Source: Raillietiella orientalis (Eukaryota). Taken from it: 64,000 nt of DNA. Position 1 is the stretch's first letter; the number at the start of each line of letters is the position of its first letter. A model generated the notes under the pieces. The model made no database searches. It worked only from the letters and a program-made list of their open reading frames with translations, and had not been told where the DNA came from. The translations under genes were made by a program, and so were the position numbers. Of this stretch, positions 38,400-51,199 are shown in pieces. The stretch is from the NCBI GenBank assembly GCA_036172245.1, contig JAYWIR010000036.1:1798001-1862000 (forward strand), in the 5' to 3' direction.

Positions 38400-39180
38400 T
38401 GATGGAGTGCAACGCATTCCTCCATTTCCTTGGAACCATCCTCTTGACCGCAGGCGTATTGGAGCCCAGGATGGGTGCGTGGGTTTCGAGTTTGGTTGCA
38501 GAAAATGCCGTGATTGAGAAAAGCACACAATCTAAAAGATCCAGGTTCCTCACGCTACAGCAGCTGCATCCTACAGAGTGGATTGCAATACAACGACAAA
38601 AATCTTCAATGGGAGGCCAGAAGGCCAGCGGCACAGCCTCCCCAAGGAAAAGCGAGAGAGCAGCCATGCACCCATTATCCCTATCTCCATGGTTCACGAT
38701 CTTACGGCCTCTCAGTTGATTGCAACGCCGGCGTTTGTGGGTGGATGGGCAACGAATGTGGGTTACCTTGAACAATGCAGTTCCAAATTTCGAAAAGCCT
38801 CCGGTTTTTGACGCTTCTTATGGACTTTGCTGGTAGCCTGCGCAAGACGACCTTGGAAAGGTTCGTGTGGGGCGACACACATGCGGGAAATTTTTCAGAG
38901 CAAGTGGGGAGGATGGACCGCCGGAAGACAAGCTTTGCTCAGATCGGGAGAAGTTTGGAAGTTTCAAGGAGAAGAGCCGAGAGTTAAAGACGACGGAGTG
39001 GTTGTTGACGTCATCACGAGGAAAAAATTTTCCTTCCTTGGTAAGAGCTGCTGCACAAAGCGTGGCAATCCTTGGCGCCAAGAAAAAACCCTGAGCTGAG
39101 TCGGACTGAGCAGATCCTCGAGCTGTTTTCTTACGGAGAGGAAGGGATTGAGAAATAATAAAAAAAAAAAAAGTAAATAA
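38400..39180 (+). mobile_element. Possible late-ORF2 LINE remnant ending in an A tract
   Basis: LHFLGTIL (~KYLG), SRFLTL (~W..R.LSL), A-rich tract 39152-39180. Confidence 0.3.
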
Positions 39181-39199
39181 AGGGAGGTTCCAAGATGGG

Positions 39200-41470
39200 G
39201 TCTATCTGAGAGTTGCAGACCACGTATTTATCCACGCGGAATCTGCATCCCACTAGAGCAGCTGCCAGGAGAAGAACGGAAGCTGATCATTCATATCGTC
39301 GTTGTGGCCTGTCGAACGAAACGTCGCCTCATGTGACAAATCGCTGCACGAGGCAGTCCTGTCTGTGCACAGTCGGGTGTGACGCGATTGCGGATGAGAT
39401 CAGAACAGCGGCAGTAGGACTAGCACGATGGAAACCGATGTGTCAGCGAGCTAGAGAGACCCTGGTTTTGGTTCAACTCTGAGGCCGCATCTGGTGTTGC
39501 AGAAGGGAAACAGGATGGTAATGCTGGACGTATCTTGCCCCTTTGGGATTAAGGAAGAAGACTTCAGCATCGCCAGTAATCAGAAGCATCCAAATACAGT
39601 AGTACCTCGGTACTCGTCGGTAATTCTTTCCGGAACCCGTGAAAAGTACCGAAACTGAAGAGTACCGAACGAGTTCCTTTCTAGGCTTCTTTGTATCATT
39701 TTTAACCATTTTAGGACCATGATTAATGCTTAAAATGTACTGAAAGCACAAAACAAGGAAAGACTGGGTGAAAGACGGGTGACACTCTGTGGAAGTGTTT
39801 GGCACTGGTCACGAGCTATCATAACACAAAAGTGTTCACTTGTTTCATCATGAGAGTAGGATGTCGAGTTCCGAGCATGAGCCGAGTATCGAAACATTTT
39901 TTTTCTCTCCAAAATGCGACGAGTACTGAGTTTGATGAGTTCTGACACTGTCGAGTACCGAAGTATCAGGGTGCCAAGATGCTCTCAAGCAGCAATTCGA
40001 GAAAGTGGCAGATGCAAACATTTGATTGTTCTGGAGGAGCATTCCGTTGTGGCGGAAGGGCATCAACAGACCAGCATGTGTCACATTTATTACTCCAAAG
40101 AGAAATCTGTGCAAACTGATTTTGCAGTTTAATCTTATCAGGGCGGCTCCATCCGCTTTCTTCACTTAAGCGCGTCCAAAGAGGAGGAAGAGGAGGTCGC
40201 GGGGGCAGGTGGTAGTTTCCTCAAAAAATTGCTGGCCTTCACCGTAATATCCCGGAAACGAAGCAATGTTGTCCTTAATTGGGTGTCCTACGGATGTGTG
40301 TCGATACAATGAGACGGTTCATGGCTGTCTCATGCATCCTCTACACTCGCGACAGCTATTGGGCGAGTCGACTGCGACGATTACCAGATGACACGCTGAA
40401 ACAGCGACAACCTCACGAAGAGGTATTCTAGGAAGTGTTCCCGGAGTGCCTTTGCCCCCTGCAACACTTATTACAACGACCTTTGGCAGTGGCGATGCAA
40501 AGCACGGAAAAGTGGTCGACCCTAGCCGCCACATCCCTCGCTGCAGCGCTGTCTGCCCTGAGGGCAAGCGACGACAGCGTCCAGCCGGCGAGGTGGGAGT
40601 TCAATACACCACTGTGAGAAGGACGAAACTCCTTGGCGGCTGGAATATGCGCGAGTTGGTGGATGATGCCACTCTGCGTGCCCCAGAGACGAGGCTCCCT
40701 TGGTGGAGTCAACTTCTGCGTGTTGCTCCCGAAGAACTTGTGGTCCCTCCTCAATGTCTGGGAGCTTCCGCGTTCCCGCTCTCCAGGAAACAGGTTGTGC
40801 TACTCTTTCTGCATTGAGGATTCCAGTGCAATGAGCGCCAGCACCTCGTTGGGGATGCATCACCGAGCTGTTCCGCGTGCGGGTCTGTGGGGGTCACTCC
40901 CTCACCTGCTTTCGAACTGCAGTGCCCTCCAGGAACTGTGGCGGAGGCTGCAGTCAGCGCTCCTGCACCAAGAGGACATAGCTCGCGACCTGATAAGACG
41001 ATTCTTCGCACCTGGAAGACTTTCGACGGGCATGGAGATCGCAACGATGGGCTGCCACGGTCACGGCAAACCATGTGCTGGTGACGATCAGGCAGCGAAA
41101 GGAGGTCACCAGGATGGCAGACGCCTGCATCAGGAGGGTTGCAAGGTGGCCTCACCTGCAAGAGGAGGTGAGGGAGGAGATCGCCGGAATCCAGCGCCGG
41201 TTCTGGAATGAAGGAACAACGGACACCAGTAACCCTTGTCCCCAGCCTCCCTTTATTTACTTTTTTTTTAATCATTTCTCAATCCCTTCCTCTCCGTACC
41301 TTTCCCAGTTTGCATATTTTCATTCTGGGTTATACGGAGCGGACCCAAAGACCTTTGTCCCATCCCCTTGGATTTCCTTCTTTCTTGTTCTTCTCCCTCT
41401 CGCTCCGGGCTTTCGGATATTCCGACCTTCAGGGTGTTGGCAAACCCTTCCCCGTGAACTTCTTTTGTCG
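39200..41470 (+). mobile_element. Tx1-like ORF2, RT to C-terminus and 3' UTR
   Basis: CSACG/SLPHLLSNC (CCHC across a frameshift, ~40868-40920), RVARWPHLQEEVREE, then a T-rich 3' UTR from ~41250. Confidence 0.6.
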
Positions 41471-42399
41471 TTGGTCGGGAACTAGCGTGTTCCCGACTAA
41501 TTTCTTTTCATGAAAGGAACGCCTCCCGGGAGTGACCGTGAGAAAAACTTCACGAAGAGGAGCAGCTCTCGGATGGGCAGGAGGACGCTGACGAAATACA
41601 GTCTACAGGACGTCCCGATGAGTGGAACCTGCTATGGCACCAATCGCAGCACAACTTCAGTGACAAGCAGGAAAAAATGTCCGAAGACCAGCAGCTCCTA
41701 AACAGAGGCATTGCATCGTGAGGCCCATCCGCCATCCCCTAAGGCACGTACGCAACAGTCCGTGAAAGAGCAACACTCGGTCACTTCTGGATCCTGCAGT
41801 TGATCTCTTTCGCTTTCCTTAAGTGATCTGAATGAGCGGAAATGTAAAAGAGCTGATGTCAAGAGATCGCAATTTTAGAACAGCGGGTGTGAGGTCCCCG
41901 CACGTGGGGCGGAAGGATAGGGATCCAAGCAGATGAGACGCATATCGGACGCGGACACATGATAGAGAAGCGACGAGTGCAGCATTGCAAAGCTCGCCGA
42001 TTACACCTCCTTGACCCAACATCATGGTGTCCTCCTCACAAGTGGGAGCTGAGCAGCTGCGGCTGCAGTTGGCCGGCAGGCCTCACAGCACATCCCGCAT
42101 TTCATGGAGCAATACGACTCTGAAGAACGCACTTCATCTAGCCCAGCAAGAAAGGTCGCAACAAAAACAGCAAAGGGTTTCTTCTCCAGCTCATCACTAA
42201 TAAGCAAACAATGATGGACTTTCTGCCTTCAGGAAGGCTAGCTTCGAGCCATTCCTGCACAAAGGGGTCAGAATGAATCCTTCTTGATGGGTGCTCCCAA
42301 CGACACACCTTCGAGGATGATTCCTCATCTCCGGACATATTCTGTTCAGCTGCTCTTAGCAGGAGGGAGCAGCTTTGTGACAATTCAGCATCCTCGATG

Positions 42400-43120
42400 T
42401 GAAACACCCCCTCTGAGGGGACCCATTATTGCGTTTCATGGAGACGGTTGATATCCTTCCCCCTTTGGGAGTTGCCTCTCCAGAGTGCAAGAAGCGCTCT
42501 GTTCCCCTCGGGGAGCATCCCTTCAGAGAAATTGCGAAGCGTTCTTTCGGGGTTCTCTTCAGAGGAGGAGGAAACAAGAGCGGTTCCCTTGCGGGTTTCT
42601 CCGGAGAAGAAATTTGAGGAGCGGATCCTCTCCGGGTTCCCTTCGGAGAGCACAAGGAGGGGGTTCCCGCCATGGTTCCCTTAGGATACAACCAGAGCGA
42701 GGGTTCCTCCCTTCCAAGAGTAAGAGTAAGATGGGCTCCTTCCTATGGAACCCTCCTGGATTCAACCTCTGGAGGATTCAGGGAGCTTCCTGACGTTCTT
42801 TCCCACTTTTCTCATGCCACCCCTATGCTTTCGCTCTAAGAGGCCTCTTGCAGACCGGCAGATGATACAGAACGAGTCTGGAGGCTGCGAGAGGCATCAG
42901 GATGACCCCTGCTCCACACGAATTCCGCAAATCATTGGTGAAAATGGATGCTGAAAACATACCTGCTCCAACTACGACGCCGTCCCCTCCTGGTCTCTCC
43001 GGGGTTACCCTTTATAGCTTGAAGAGTTATAGGGGTGGTGTGAACAATGTTAAAGAGCTCTGTGAGCGTCGCCTAAAGGAGCAACGGTTCTTCAGCACTC
43101 GGCTAACGAAAAGGAAGAAA
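42400..43120 (+). mobile_element. SINE-like element copy F (5'-truncated, interrupted by a 222-bp insert)
   Basis: Array 42440-42765. The tail resumes at ~42989 (CTCTCCGGGGTTACC...CTTGAAGAG...GTTCTTCAGCACT). Confidence 0.75.
42767..42988 (+). repeat. 222-bp direct repeat, copy 1 (matches 46671-46892)
   Basis: CTCTGGAGGATTCAGGG...ACGCCGTCCCCT reads as identical in both places. Confidence 0.95.
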
Positions 43121-43129
43121 ATTTTTTTT

Positions 43130-44430
43130 AAGGCTCTTCTGCGCTCCTACCCATTGGCAAAACCTGTCGAGAGAAGATTTGGAGGGCGCCACCCTCTGTG
43201 GAGATGCGCTGGATCTTCCAACCCATCCCAGTCTCTCAATGCCGATGTTGATGCGTTGATGGAGCAGCCAGCCAGGAAAGTTGGGAGTTCTTCCTGGAAG
43301 TTTACCCAGCATTCTGCCATCCTCTGGATCTTCGTATCGGAACCGTCTCAAGCTCCACCCAGGGGTCATACGACAAGGCCGACGGTGTTCGTCCACACCA
43401 AACCACCCGCGAGGTGCCGAGAAACATGCGATCGATGAGGTCGGATACCCCCCTCCCCCGGATCGTAGTGTGAGCCCCTGTACGCACTCCGAATGCCTGC
43501 ACACAAATGCAAAAGAACGGTCGTTTAGAGTAGCACAGGCGGCACCTCCCTCTTCGTTCCCTTTCATGCGCTCTCTTTCGGTTGTATCCTTCTTCCACCT
43601 CATTTTCGATTTGCCCCTGTTCCTCTTCCTCGAAGACGAACTACTCTCCTTTCAAAGATCAACCCCTGACAGTTTAAGCGACCTAAGGTCTGCTGAGACT
43701 TCCACCCTAGGCAGGACTACCAGCGAGAGCTGCAGAGCTCTTGGACAAAAGTTTTGCAGCAAGCCTCGAGGCGTAACTTCGCTCCCTCGGAGGGGACATC
43801 TCCCTTCTTACATGTCACTGCATTCCAGAGGGAATCCTCTTGCCGACCCTTTGCCGACTTTGTTCCCAAGCGATAAACACTGGTTGGATTGCTAAAAGGA
43901 GACTTTTCCCTGCTACTCATAACTTTCCTGCTGAATGTCCTCAACGGCCAGATGTCGGAAGGGGCAACCATTTTCGACATCCTATTTGTCCAGGCGAACC
44001 AAGAGCATTTCTTCCATCTCTCTGGTGCTTTCTCAAAGCTCTTCCAGCTTTTCTTCTGAGCCCATGCTCTTTCGCCTAACGAGGTCCATGAAGAGACTGT
44101 CCAGTGTCAACCAAGATGGAGTTCCCATTGCCTTCTTCACTTTCGCTTATGCAGCTATCTTCCTTCGCTTCCCTTCGAAACACTTCGGGGCTCGCTCGCC
44201 TCTCCTGCCTGATCCAGACGGAACTTGTCAGCCAGATCGATGACTTCCTACTCTCTGACATCCCTTTCGTCCTCCGTTGGAGGAACTCCTTTGAAACAGC
44301 ACCTGGATCACTGGTGATCAAGGTCGATCTGTGTTATTTTCTCTAATATTCCCTTCTTTCTCTCAGCCACGAACCAAATGCTGTTTGCATCTCATCTCGT
44401 TGTGAACCATCGTCTAAATCGTCTGGAAGA
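43130..44430 (-). mobile_element. Possible Tx1-like ORF1 zinc knuckle and APE start
   Basis: PGQIGCRK...GHSA (~GQ..C..C...GH) at ~43930-43995 and ECVQGL (~NVRGL) at ~43480. Confidence 0.35.
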
Positions 44431-44440
44431 GACTCTTTGG

Positions 44441-45219
44441 AGATGATGGAAATCCTTCTTTTCTATTTTGTTGTTTTTGCAGCCCTTTGACGCTGTTCCA
44501 AGCCACTCGAGGGTGTGTGTAATTCTTCAAGATAGGGGATACCTCTGGAGGGGTCCGCCCTATGAAACCAGGAAGGGTTGGGAGTCCGTTCCTCTCACGC
44601 CTGGGGAAGGATTCCCGGAATGGAGATCACCTCCACGCTGGTTGTCTCCGATGGAGAATCCAGAAGGGAATTCTCCTTCCTTATTCTCTCCGGAGGACCC
44701 TTGGGGGTCCGCTCCATTTTTTCTTCTTCGAAAGGATCCGATCCTAGAATTTCTTCTCTGGAGGTTCCTCCGTAAGGGATTCGCTCCTGTTTTTACTCCT
44801 CTGAAAAGAACCTCGAAGGGACGCTTCCGAAATTCAGAAGGGCGCTGCTTCCCCGAAGGGAGCGGCACGCTTCTCTGCACTCTGGAGAGGTAGTGGCGAC
44901 ACATCTACTTCATCAGGACGACTCGGAGGGTCCTCCCGGAATGATGAGTCCGCTCCTCCACAGTCGGAGGGGAACTCCCAGTCCTTGGTTCCTGGAAGGA
45001 CCCGAAGGTCGACTCCCATTGTCCCTTCCCTCATCGGGGGCATCCGGTTTGAACCGCTACCAGTGCCGCAACCGAATGAATGTGGGCCAACCAGCTCCAT
45101 CTTGCAGGAGGAACTTGAACGTGCGACGCACTGCATCGATTCATTTCGGAGAATTCGAACCCGCGAAGCTTGGTGGTGCCAAGCGCGGAAGTCCTAACCA
45201 CAAAGCCCCCGACGCGGGC
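44441..45219 (-). mobile_element. SINE-like element copy G (full length)
   Basis: Head GCCCGCGTCGGGGGCTTTGTGGTTAGG...GCGGGTTCGAATTC. Closely resembles copy B throughout, including the tail. Confidence 0.85.
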
Positions 45220-46670
45220 TGACCACGAATCTGATTTTGCCAGAGCTTTCGGACTGCTTGTTTGAACGCAACTGGAACAGAGGAGGTTATCGGACTGATG
45301 GATGCATGTCAAGGAAGCTGACACTTTGGGAGCTTGAAGATTGACTTCGCGCTTCTTGTGAGTCAGTGTCAGGCTTTGCTCTTCGTGCACCTTGACCACT
45401 CCGGTCGGTGGTGTGTTCTGATCGCGGGAGATGCAGGACCTCCCCTGCAAGTCTGATCCGGTGAGTATGCCCTTGTGCACACCTCAATAACCCCTTCCCA
45501 CTTTAGGATCTGATTCAGACGACTATCAACTCATGCTTTCGAGATGCTCCACAAGAATCCGTCCCAAGCTCCAGAGATTTCCGGTTTTACTCTCTGTATC
45601 TTCTTCCTATCCAAGTGACCAAGCCAGCTCCAGTATTTCAGCTCTAGAAAACCGACTGTGAAATGCTCTGTTGGCATTCACATGCTCCTGGCTCTGGGTG
45701 CAGTCTACTAAAGTCCTTGTCACGGATCATCAGTTGAAAGTGAAGGTTTCTATCAAAGTTTCGTGGCTTTGTTCCTTCGGATTCTCCCAAGGTGTTTTAG
45801 GCGTCTATTGCACACCAACCCTTCGTCTATGGAATGGTAGTCGACGTACATGTCAAGTGGTCTACCACTATGCTATAAAGCTCCATAAACGGCAAAGTGC
45901 CGTTTATGGCAGTAAGTACTCTTTGCTCTCTTTCCTTTCCTTGAACTCTTGCTTGGAATCGATAGACCATTGGTTCCGCGGACGAAGCATCTTCTTCATA
46001 GACCGAAGACTTTTTCGCTAGAATGATTGCTTGCTTACTTGAGGAAGCAGTTCCTAAGGGAAACAGATTCCGCAAATCATCATACCGGCTTTCCCCATTT
46101 GCATGTACCTTCTGTCCTTGCATTCCTGAGGTTCGAAACGGATTTTACTCACTCTCTGCTTGTCCTCTCTTGAGAAAGTTGCTTTCAGTGGGGACCATCG
46201 GTCACAACGTACATGGATCGAATGCTGGATGGTTTGTGTACGCGAGGAGGAATTACGGATTGGAAGCAACTGAGAGCTCACCGCGGACCTACCCTTCACC
46301 GACGCCTTCTGAAGCACCTCTTTCGATCCTATAAGCTCCATCCACCCTCCAGTAGTGTATTCCGATCGAACTACTGGTCAGAAAGATGTCTGAAAACTCT
46401 GAAGACCACAGGAACTCTGGAACAATTCTTTTCCTCTCCTCACAAACCTCGATACTTCCGCCAGGGAAAATGGGGATTATCACCTGAACTTATGAGAACC
46501 GGGTTGATCCGTAGCCTGAAGAATCACTAGCTAATGTCTGAGAGACACTCTCTGCTCCGTTTCACCTGTGGGTCACACATATAAGAACCTCTTTCCGTTT
46601 GGAGAACCAGGAAGAGAGCGGAAACATCTGTGAAAGCGCAATCAAAACGGACTTCAAGGCTATTTTGACG

Positions 46671-49229
46671 CTCTGGAGGATTCAGGGAGCTTCCTGACGT
46701 TCTTTCCCACTTTTCTCATGCCACCCCTATGCTTTCGCTCTAAGAGGCCTCTTGCAGACCGGCAGATGATACAGAACGAGTCTGGAGGCTGCGAGAGGCA
46801 TCAGGATGACCCCTGCTCCACACGAATTCCGCAAATCATTGGTGAAAATGGATGCTGAAAACATACCTGCTCCAACTACGACGCCGTCCCCTTCTACTTT
46901 ATTGTAGGGGGAAGTCATCAACTAGGAGGTGTAATGAAACTTCTTTGCCTTCTAGCCTCCGCCTCTTAGAGCTGTTCAGAGGATGCCCCTGCCGCTTAAT
47001 AGCTATCAGACTGCAGAGAGCATGTTGGCTGCTTCCAATGAAGGGATATCTTCATGAATTAATCTACAGCGATCATTCCAGGAGCAAATGCAGAATTCAC
47101 CGCTCCTCTTCAGTACCGATGGATGGAGGCCCTTCTAGACTCTTATTCCTCCAGGACTGGATCTCCATGGAACAGAGATGGAGCACTAGCATGCATCTGC
47201 TTCAGTAGTTCTCACTCTAGGTGGAAACCATGTACCAGATGCATGTTAGAGTTGAAGATGTGTTGCTGAATCTAAGATCTGTATCACCAGTCTGACTTCG
47301 ACCTGCGTTCAGTAAATGTGATCTGGAGTCACGATTCCCGGACCGCGGTCGTGGCTGAGCAAGAATCGTCACAGCGGCGGTGGTCTGTGATTATAAAGTG
47401 TCTGCTGCCTCGATGCAGCAAACGTCTTCTCTGAAGTGTTTTGGAAGCAGAAGAGCCAAAGCTCTTCTGCTTCCAAAATCCTACCCTCCTTACGCCCTCT
47501 TCTCTTTCACTTCCTCCCTCAATGAATCCTGCGCTGATTCCTTGACAGCTGGATTCTTTCTTCTCTTTTGATCCTCTCTCTTGAATTGGCGTGTGTTGGC
47601 TGCTGCGAGAGGTGAGACCGATTGTGCTGGACCATGTAGATCCGTTACTTAATCGCTCTGCCGAGACTTGTGACTGGGCTGCGCCATATCCCTCACTACG
47701 GCACAGCACCCGTTTCTTTAAAAGTCATCTCGAAGGAGCTCATAAAATGTTCTTTACTTCCAAACCACCTTCGACCTATAAACTGCACGCTCATTGGAAA
47801 CCCATTAATGACCAAGTGCTGCTGTGCCGAGCTCTCGGGTCCTAGCCGCCGTGGTGGAAGACCCGTTCATCTTTTCCCAATCTCATGTCCCAATTAGCTA
47901 TGAGCGGTGGCTGGCAAACTTCTTCCAGCAGTGCCTTTTAAAAAGAAAAGGTCACAAATTTCGAGCAGAGCTCAGTGTCAGGAAAATCAGAAGATTTGCC
48001 TTCTTTACATTCGGGGCTCCTTTCCTCTCCACCTTTACATTAGCTGGAAGCAAAATTTGAAGGGAATGCCTAGCAAAGAAGAACATCAATGAGATTGCCC
48101 CACGATCTCGCACAGCAACTGACCCTGAAAGACCTTGTGAGCAGGAGAAATGTTCGAGCATCAGCAGCCTGGATGCCATATGAAAGGTGCAAAAAAAATT
48201 TGCTTTTGCGGCCATCGCCTGATAAACCGGGGAAAACCTCTATTCTTTCACCCCTCATAAAGATGACTCATTCCATTTTCTTCTTCCCCCATCAGCAATC
48301 TGCTGCTCCTCGATATTTTTGGGAGATCATAGGAAGCCAAAGGAAACCATTTATCCCTCTATGAAGAAGGTCTGGAAGCTCACGGCAAGTACGGAAACCT
48401 GACACTCCTGGAGGAATATCCACAGCATGAAGCTTCGTAGGTGCCGAACCATCAATGTGTAAACGATGGATCCTTGTTATTAGAACTGCTTCTTCATTGA
48501 ATTTCCATTACAAGTGCCTAAGGAAGACTTGCATTCCATGATGAAAATCCATGTGCCTCATATCTTGAAGCGGTGCAGCAGAAACTTTCATCTGTTCACT
48601 GCGCGACACAACGCGATCCAGAATTTGATCAGGATGTCCGCAGTGGGTGAAGCAAAGTGGTCCCTAGCGTAGACCAACCAGAGAGCTCTAGGCAAGGACT
48701 CCCCCTTTTGACCGTACTATAGAAAGGAAATCGAACGATACTGCTGGACAACTGCCACCCGTTCGAGGAAGGGAAAGAGGTGTTCAGCACAGCCAGGAAG
48801 AACAAGTTGGAAAAGTACAATGAAACAGCCTCCAGCTAAGCAGAGGGGTGAAGCAATGCAATGTGTGTCCTCTCATCGCTGGCTCACTAGGAGTCGGAGA
48901 CCTAGGTAACGAGGAAGTGCTGCATGATCTTATAGTTCCTAAAAAACACTCGGAGAGGATGAGGCACTGGATGGTGGCTCCGTGCATCCGGTGCTCCAGG
49001 GACATCTAAGTAGCCCACGTCACGGGAGGAGCAACACGAGATCGAAACTCAGATACGGCCGGTAAACCCCAGCTGTCAGCTCCTGCGGGACAGAGGACAA
49101 GCAGCTGAGGGAGCAGCAGATTAAAGGGCGACAAGCGCCCCAGATGAACCGGTGAGGGATTTTGGAAGAATGCGAAGAGTCCTTTCTGTAATGCGATGTT
49201 AAATTGTAAATTTGAGTAATAAAAAAAAA
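46671..49229 (+). mobile_element. NeSL/Utopia-like (RLE-type) non-LTR retrotransposon remnant: RT, CCHC, RLE, 3' A tail
   Basis: PHILKRC..FTARHNAIQNLI, ILLDNCHPFEEGKEVFSTARKNKLEKY, IAGSLG..NEEVL..CIRCSRDI*VAHVTG, then AATAAAAAAAAA at ~49218-49229. Confidence 0.8.
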
Positions 49230-49239
49230 CTCTTCCCGG

Positions 49240-50052
49240 TTCTTCTGTTTTCGCTGCTTTCGTTTTTATTTTGGTTCTCAAGGGTTGCTGAAGAACCACT
49301 TAGGGGAGGCTCACAATGCTCTTTAGCACTGTCCATGCCAGCCGAGGGTGCGTGGAACTCTTGAAGTTGTAGAGAGTGACCCCGGAGTCACCACCCAATG
49401 AATCCAGGAGGGGCTCCGGAGGGAGGGGTCCTTTCCTCTCACGCTTGGGAGGGAACTTCGAAGGGAACTTCTCCATTCTCTCTGGAGAGTCCCCCGGAAG
49501 GGGCCACTCCTCATTTCTTCTCCAGAGGGAACGTGGAAAGCATCCGCTCCTGAATTCTTTCTCCGGAGGGATCCTTAGCAAGGAAACTGCTCCTTGTTTG
49601 CTCCCCTGAAGAGAACTCGAAAGGGATACCTCGAAATTTCTCTGGAGGGTCACTCCCCGATGGGAGCAGCTCTCTTCTCCATACTCTGAAGAGGTATAGA
49701 CCCACCTGTTCCATGGTAAGAGATGGAGGGGTCCCCCCTGAGGAAGGGGTTATGACTCCATTTGCACAACCAGAGGGGAACCCCAAAGAACTCCTTGATT
49801 CCTGGGAGAAGCGCGGAAGGTCAACTTCGAGCCCCGGCCAGTCAGCGGGGGCATCCGGAGATTTCTGACTTCCAGCTATGCTGCACCCAACGCCTGTGGT
49901 GGCCAACTAGCACCATCTTGATGCGATGAAGGGACTCGAAACTGAGGACGCACCCCCCGTTCTTGGCATCGACTCTTCTCCGGGAGGGATTCGAACCCGC
50001 AACACTTGTTGCCACGCGAGGAGACTGCAACCGTGCAGCCGCCAATGCGGGC
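49240..50052 (-). mobile_element. SINE-like element copy H (full length)
   Basis: Head GCCCGCATTGGCGGCTGCACGGTTGC...GCGGGTTCGAATCCC, ~11 repeat units 49401-49830, tail GTTCTTCAGCA followed by an A-rich tract. Confidence 0.85.
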
Positions 50053-50069
50053 ATCGCGGACGTGGACGC

Positions 50070-50870
50070 TCACATTCCAGAGACATCATCCACTACCTTT
50101 TCGATTACCAATCAAAGTATCTCACGCGATTCCGAAAAGACTGCACGAAAAGACTCTGAAGGAGACTCGGGTCGCAGTATGAAAAGTACAAGCATGTTAT
50201 GAAATGGGTGCGGCCTCACACCAGTGTACATCAGTATGTACTGCAGAAGGCAATCTCTTGCTGCAGTGTGCACTGAAGCAAGAGGTGCAGAGCAGGAAAA
50301 AGAGAGCTCCAGGTTGCTGAACCGTTCTTTCATAGAAGTTGTTGACAACTCTTCAAAGATCCTCTTTAGATCCTGAAGGCAAAAGTGACCTTATTGCCTC
50401 AAAACATCTGCCTCTGCAGCGGAGCGCTTCTTGAAAGTGTCCTGTACTTTTGCCGACCGGGATGCCTCATACCTAGAAGACAGTGGCGACTGCGTAAGCG
50501 GAGACATTCGCATGACGAAGAACCATTTCAGCACTCCACTTTATGTTCTGCTTCATGCTCGGTGCTGTGGGTCTTTCTACAGCCTAGAATCGAGGAAGGC
50601 AACTGCTTGACTAGGAGAGAGATTCTGAAGATGGCGTCGCGCTTTGCAAACTGACATCACCATGCTGGCAACATCTGCATCACTAGGAAGTGTAATGTAA
50701 TCCTTCCAGAAGATGTGTAGTCTGATGCTTCTGAATATTAACGTGCTCTTCACAGAACACCCATGATCAGAAGCATGGGAATGCTTCACAAAACATTCCA
50801 TGCACACTCAATCACAAATACGTTCATGGAGTACTTTAACTACCACTCGGTGGTGATGGCGTGGCGTTCA
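50070..50870 (-). mobile_element. RLE-type element, post-RT region
   Basis: ITLPSDADVASMV..RRHLQNLSPSQAVAFL resembles the NeSL/Utopia post-thumb segment. Confidence 0.45.
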
Positions 50871-51199
50871 GAAATACCGAAAGCTTGAAAAAATTCTTCC
50901 ATTCAAAACGTACGAGGGATACTCCTACCTCATAATTTCAAGGCTTAATCATCTTCGAAAATTTCACTTTCTTAATGATTTTTATATAGTTTTGATGGTT
51001 CGAAAATAATGTGTGTCCTCAATAAAGGGTGCCTGGAAGTTCTTGTCAAAATAAAGCAAAATGAACTGAGAGATCCGAACAGTTCGGATGTCAAAGTAAC
51101 TTCACCTTGGAACAATTGCAAATTTGCTTGGGAATCTCATTCCATCATTCGATCCGTTCATGCAAATCACTCATAGTTTTGGCATGAGATCAGTTAGAT

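Noticed and set aside
44468..44904. Repetitive peptide (PEG/SPE motifs) encoded by the SINE
   Set aside because: Reading frames are not conserved between copies. The peptide repeats just mirror the nucleotide repeat.
50900..51190. Second mariner/Tc1 end (TACGAGGG)
   Set aside because: Only a short motif, with no matching TIR or transposase peptide.
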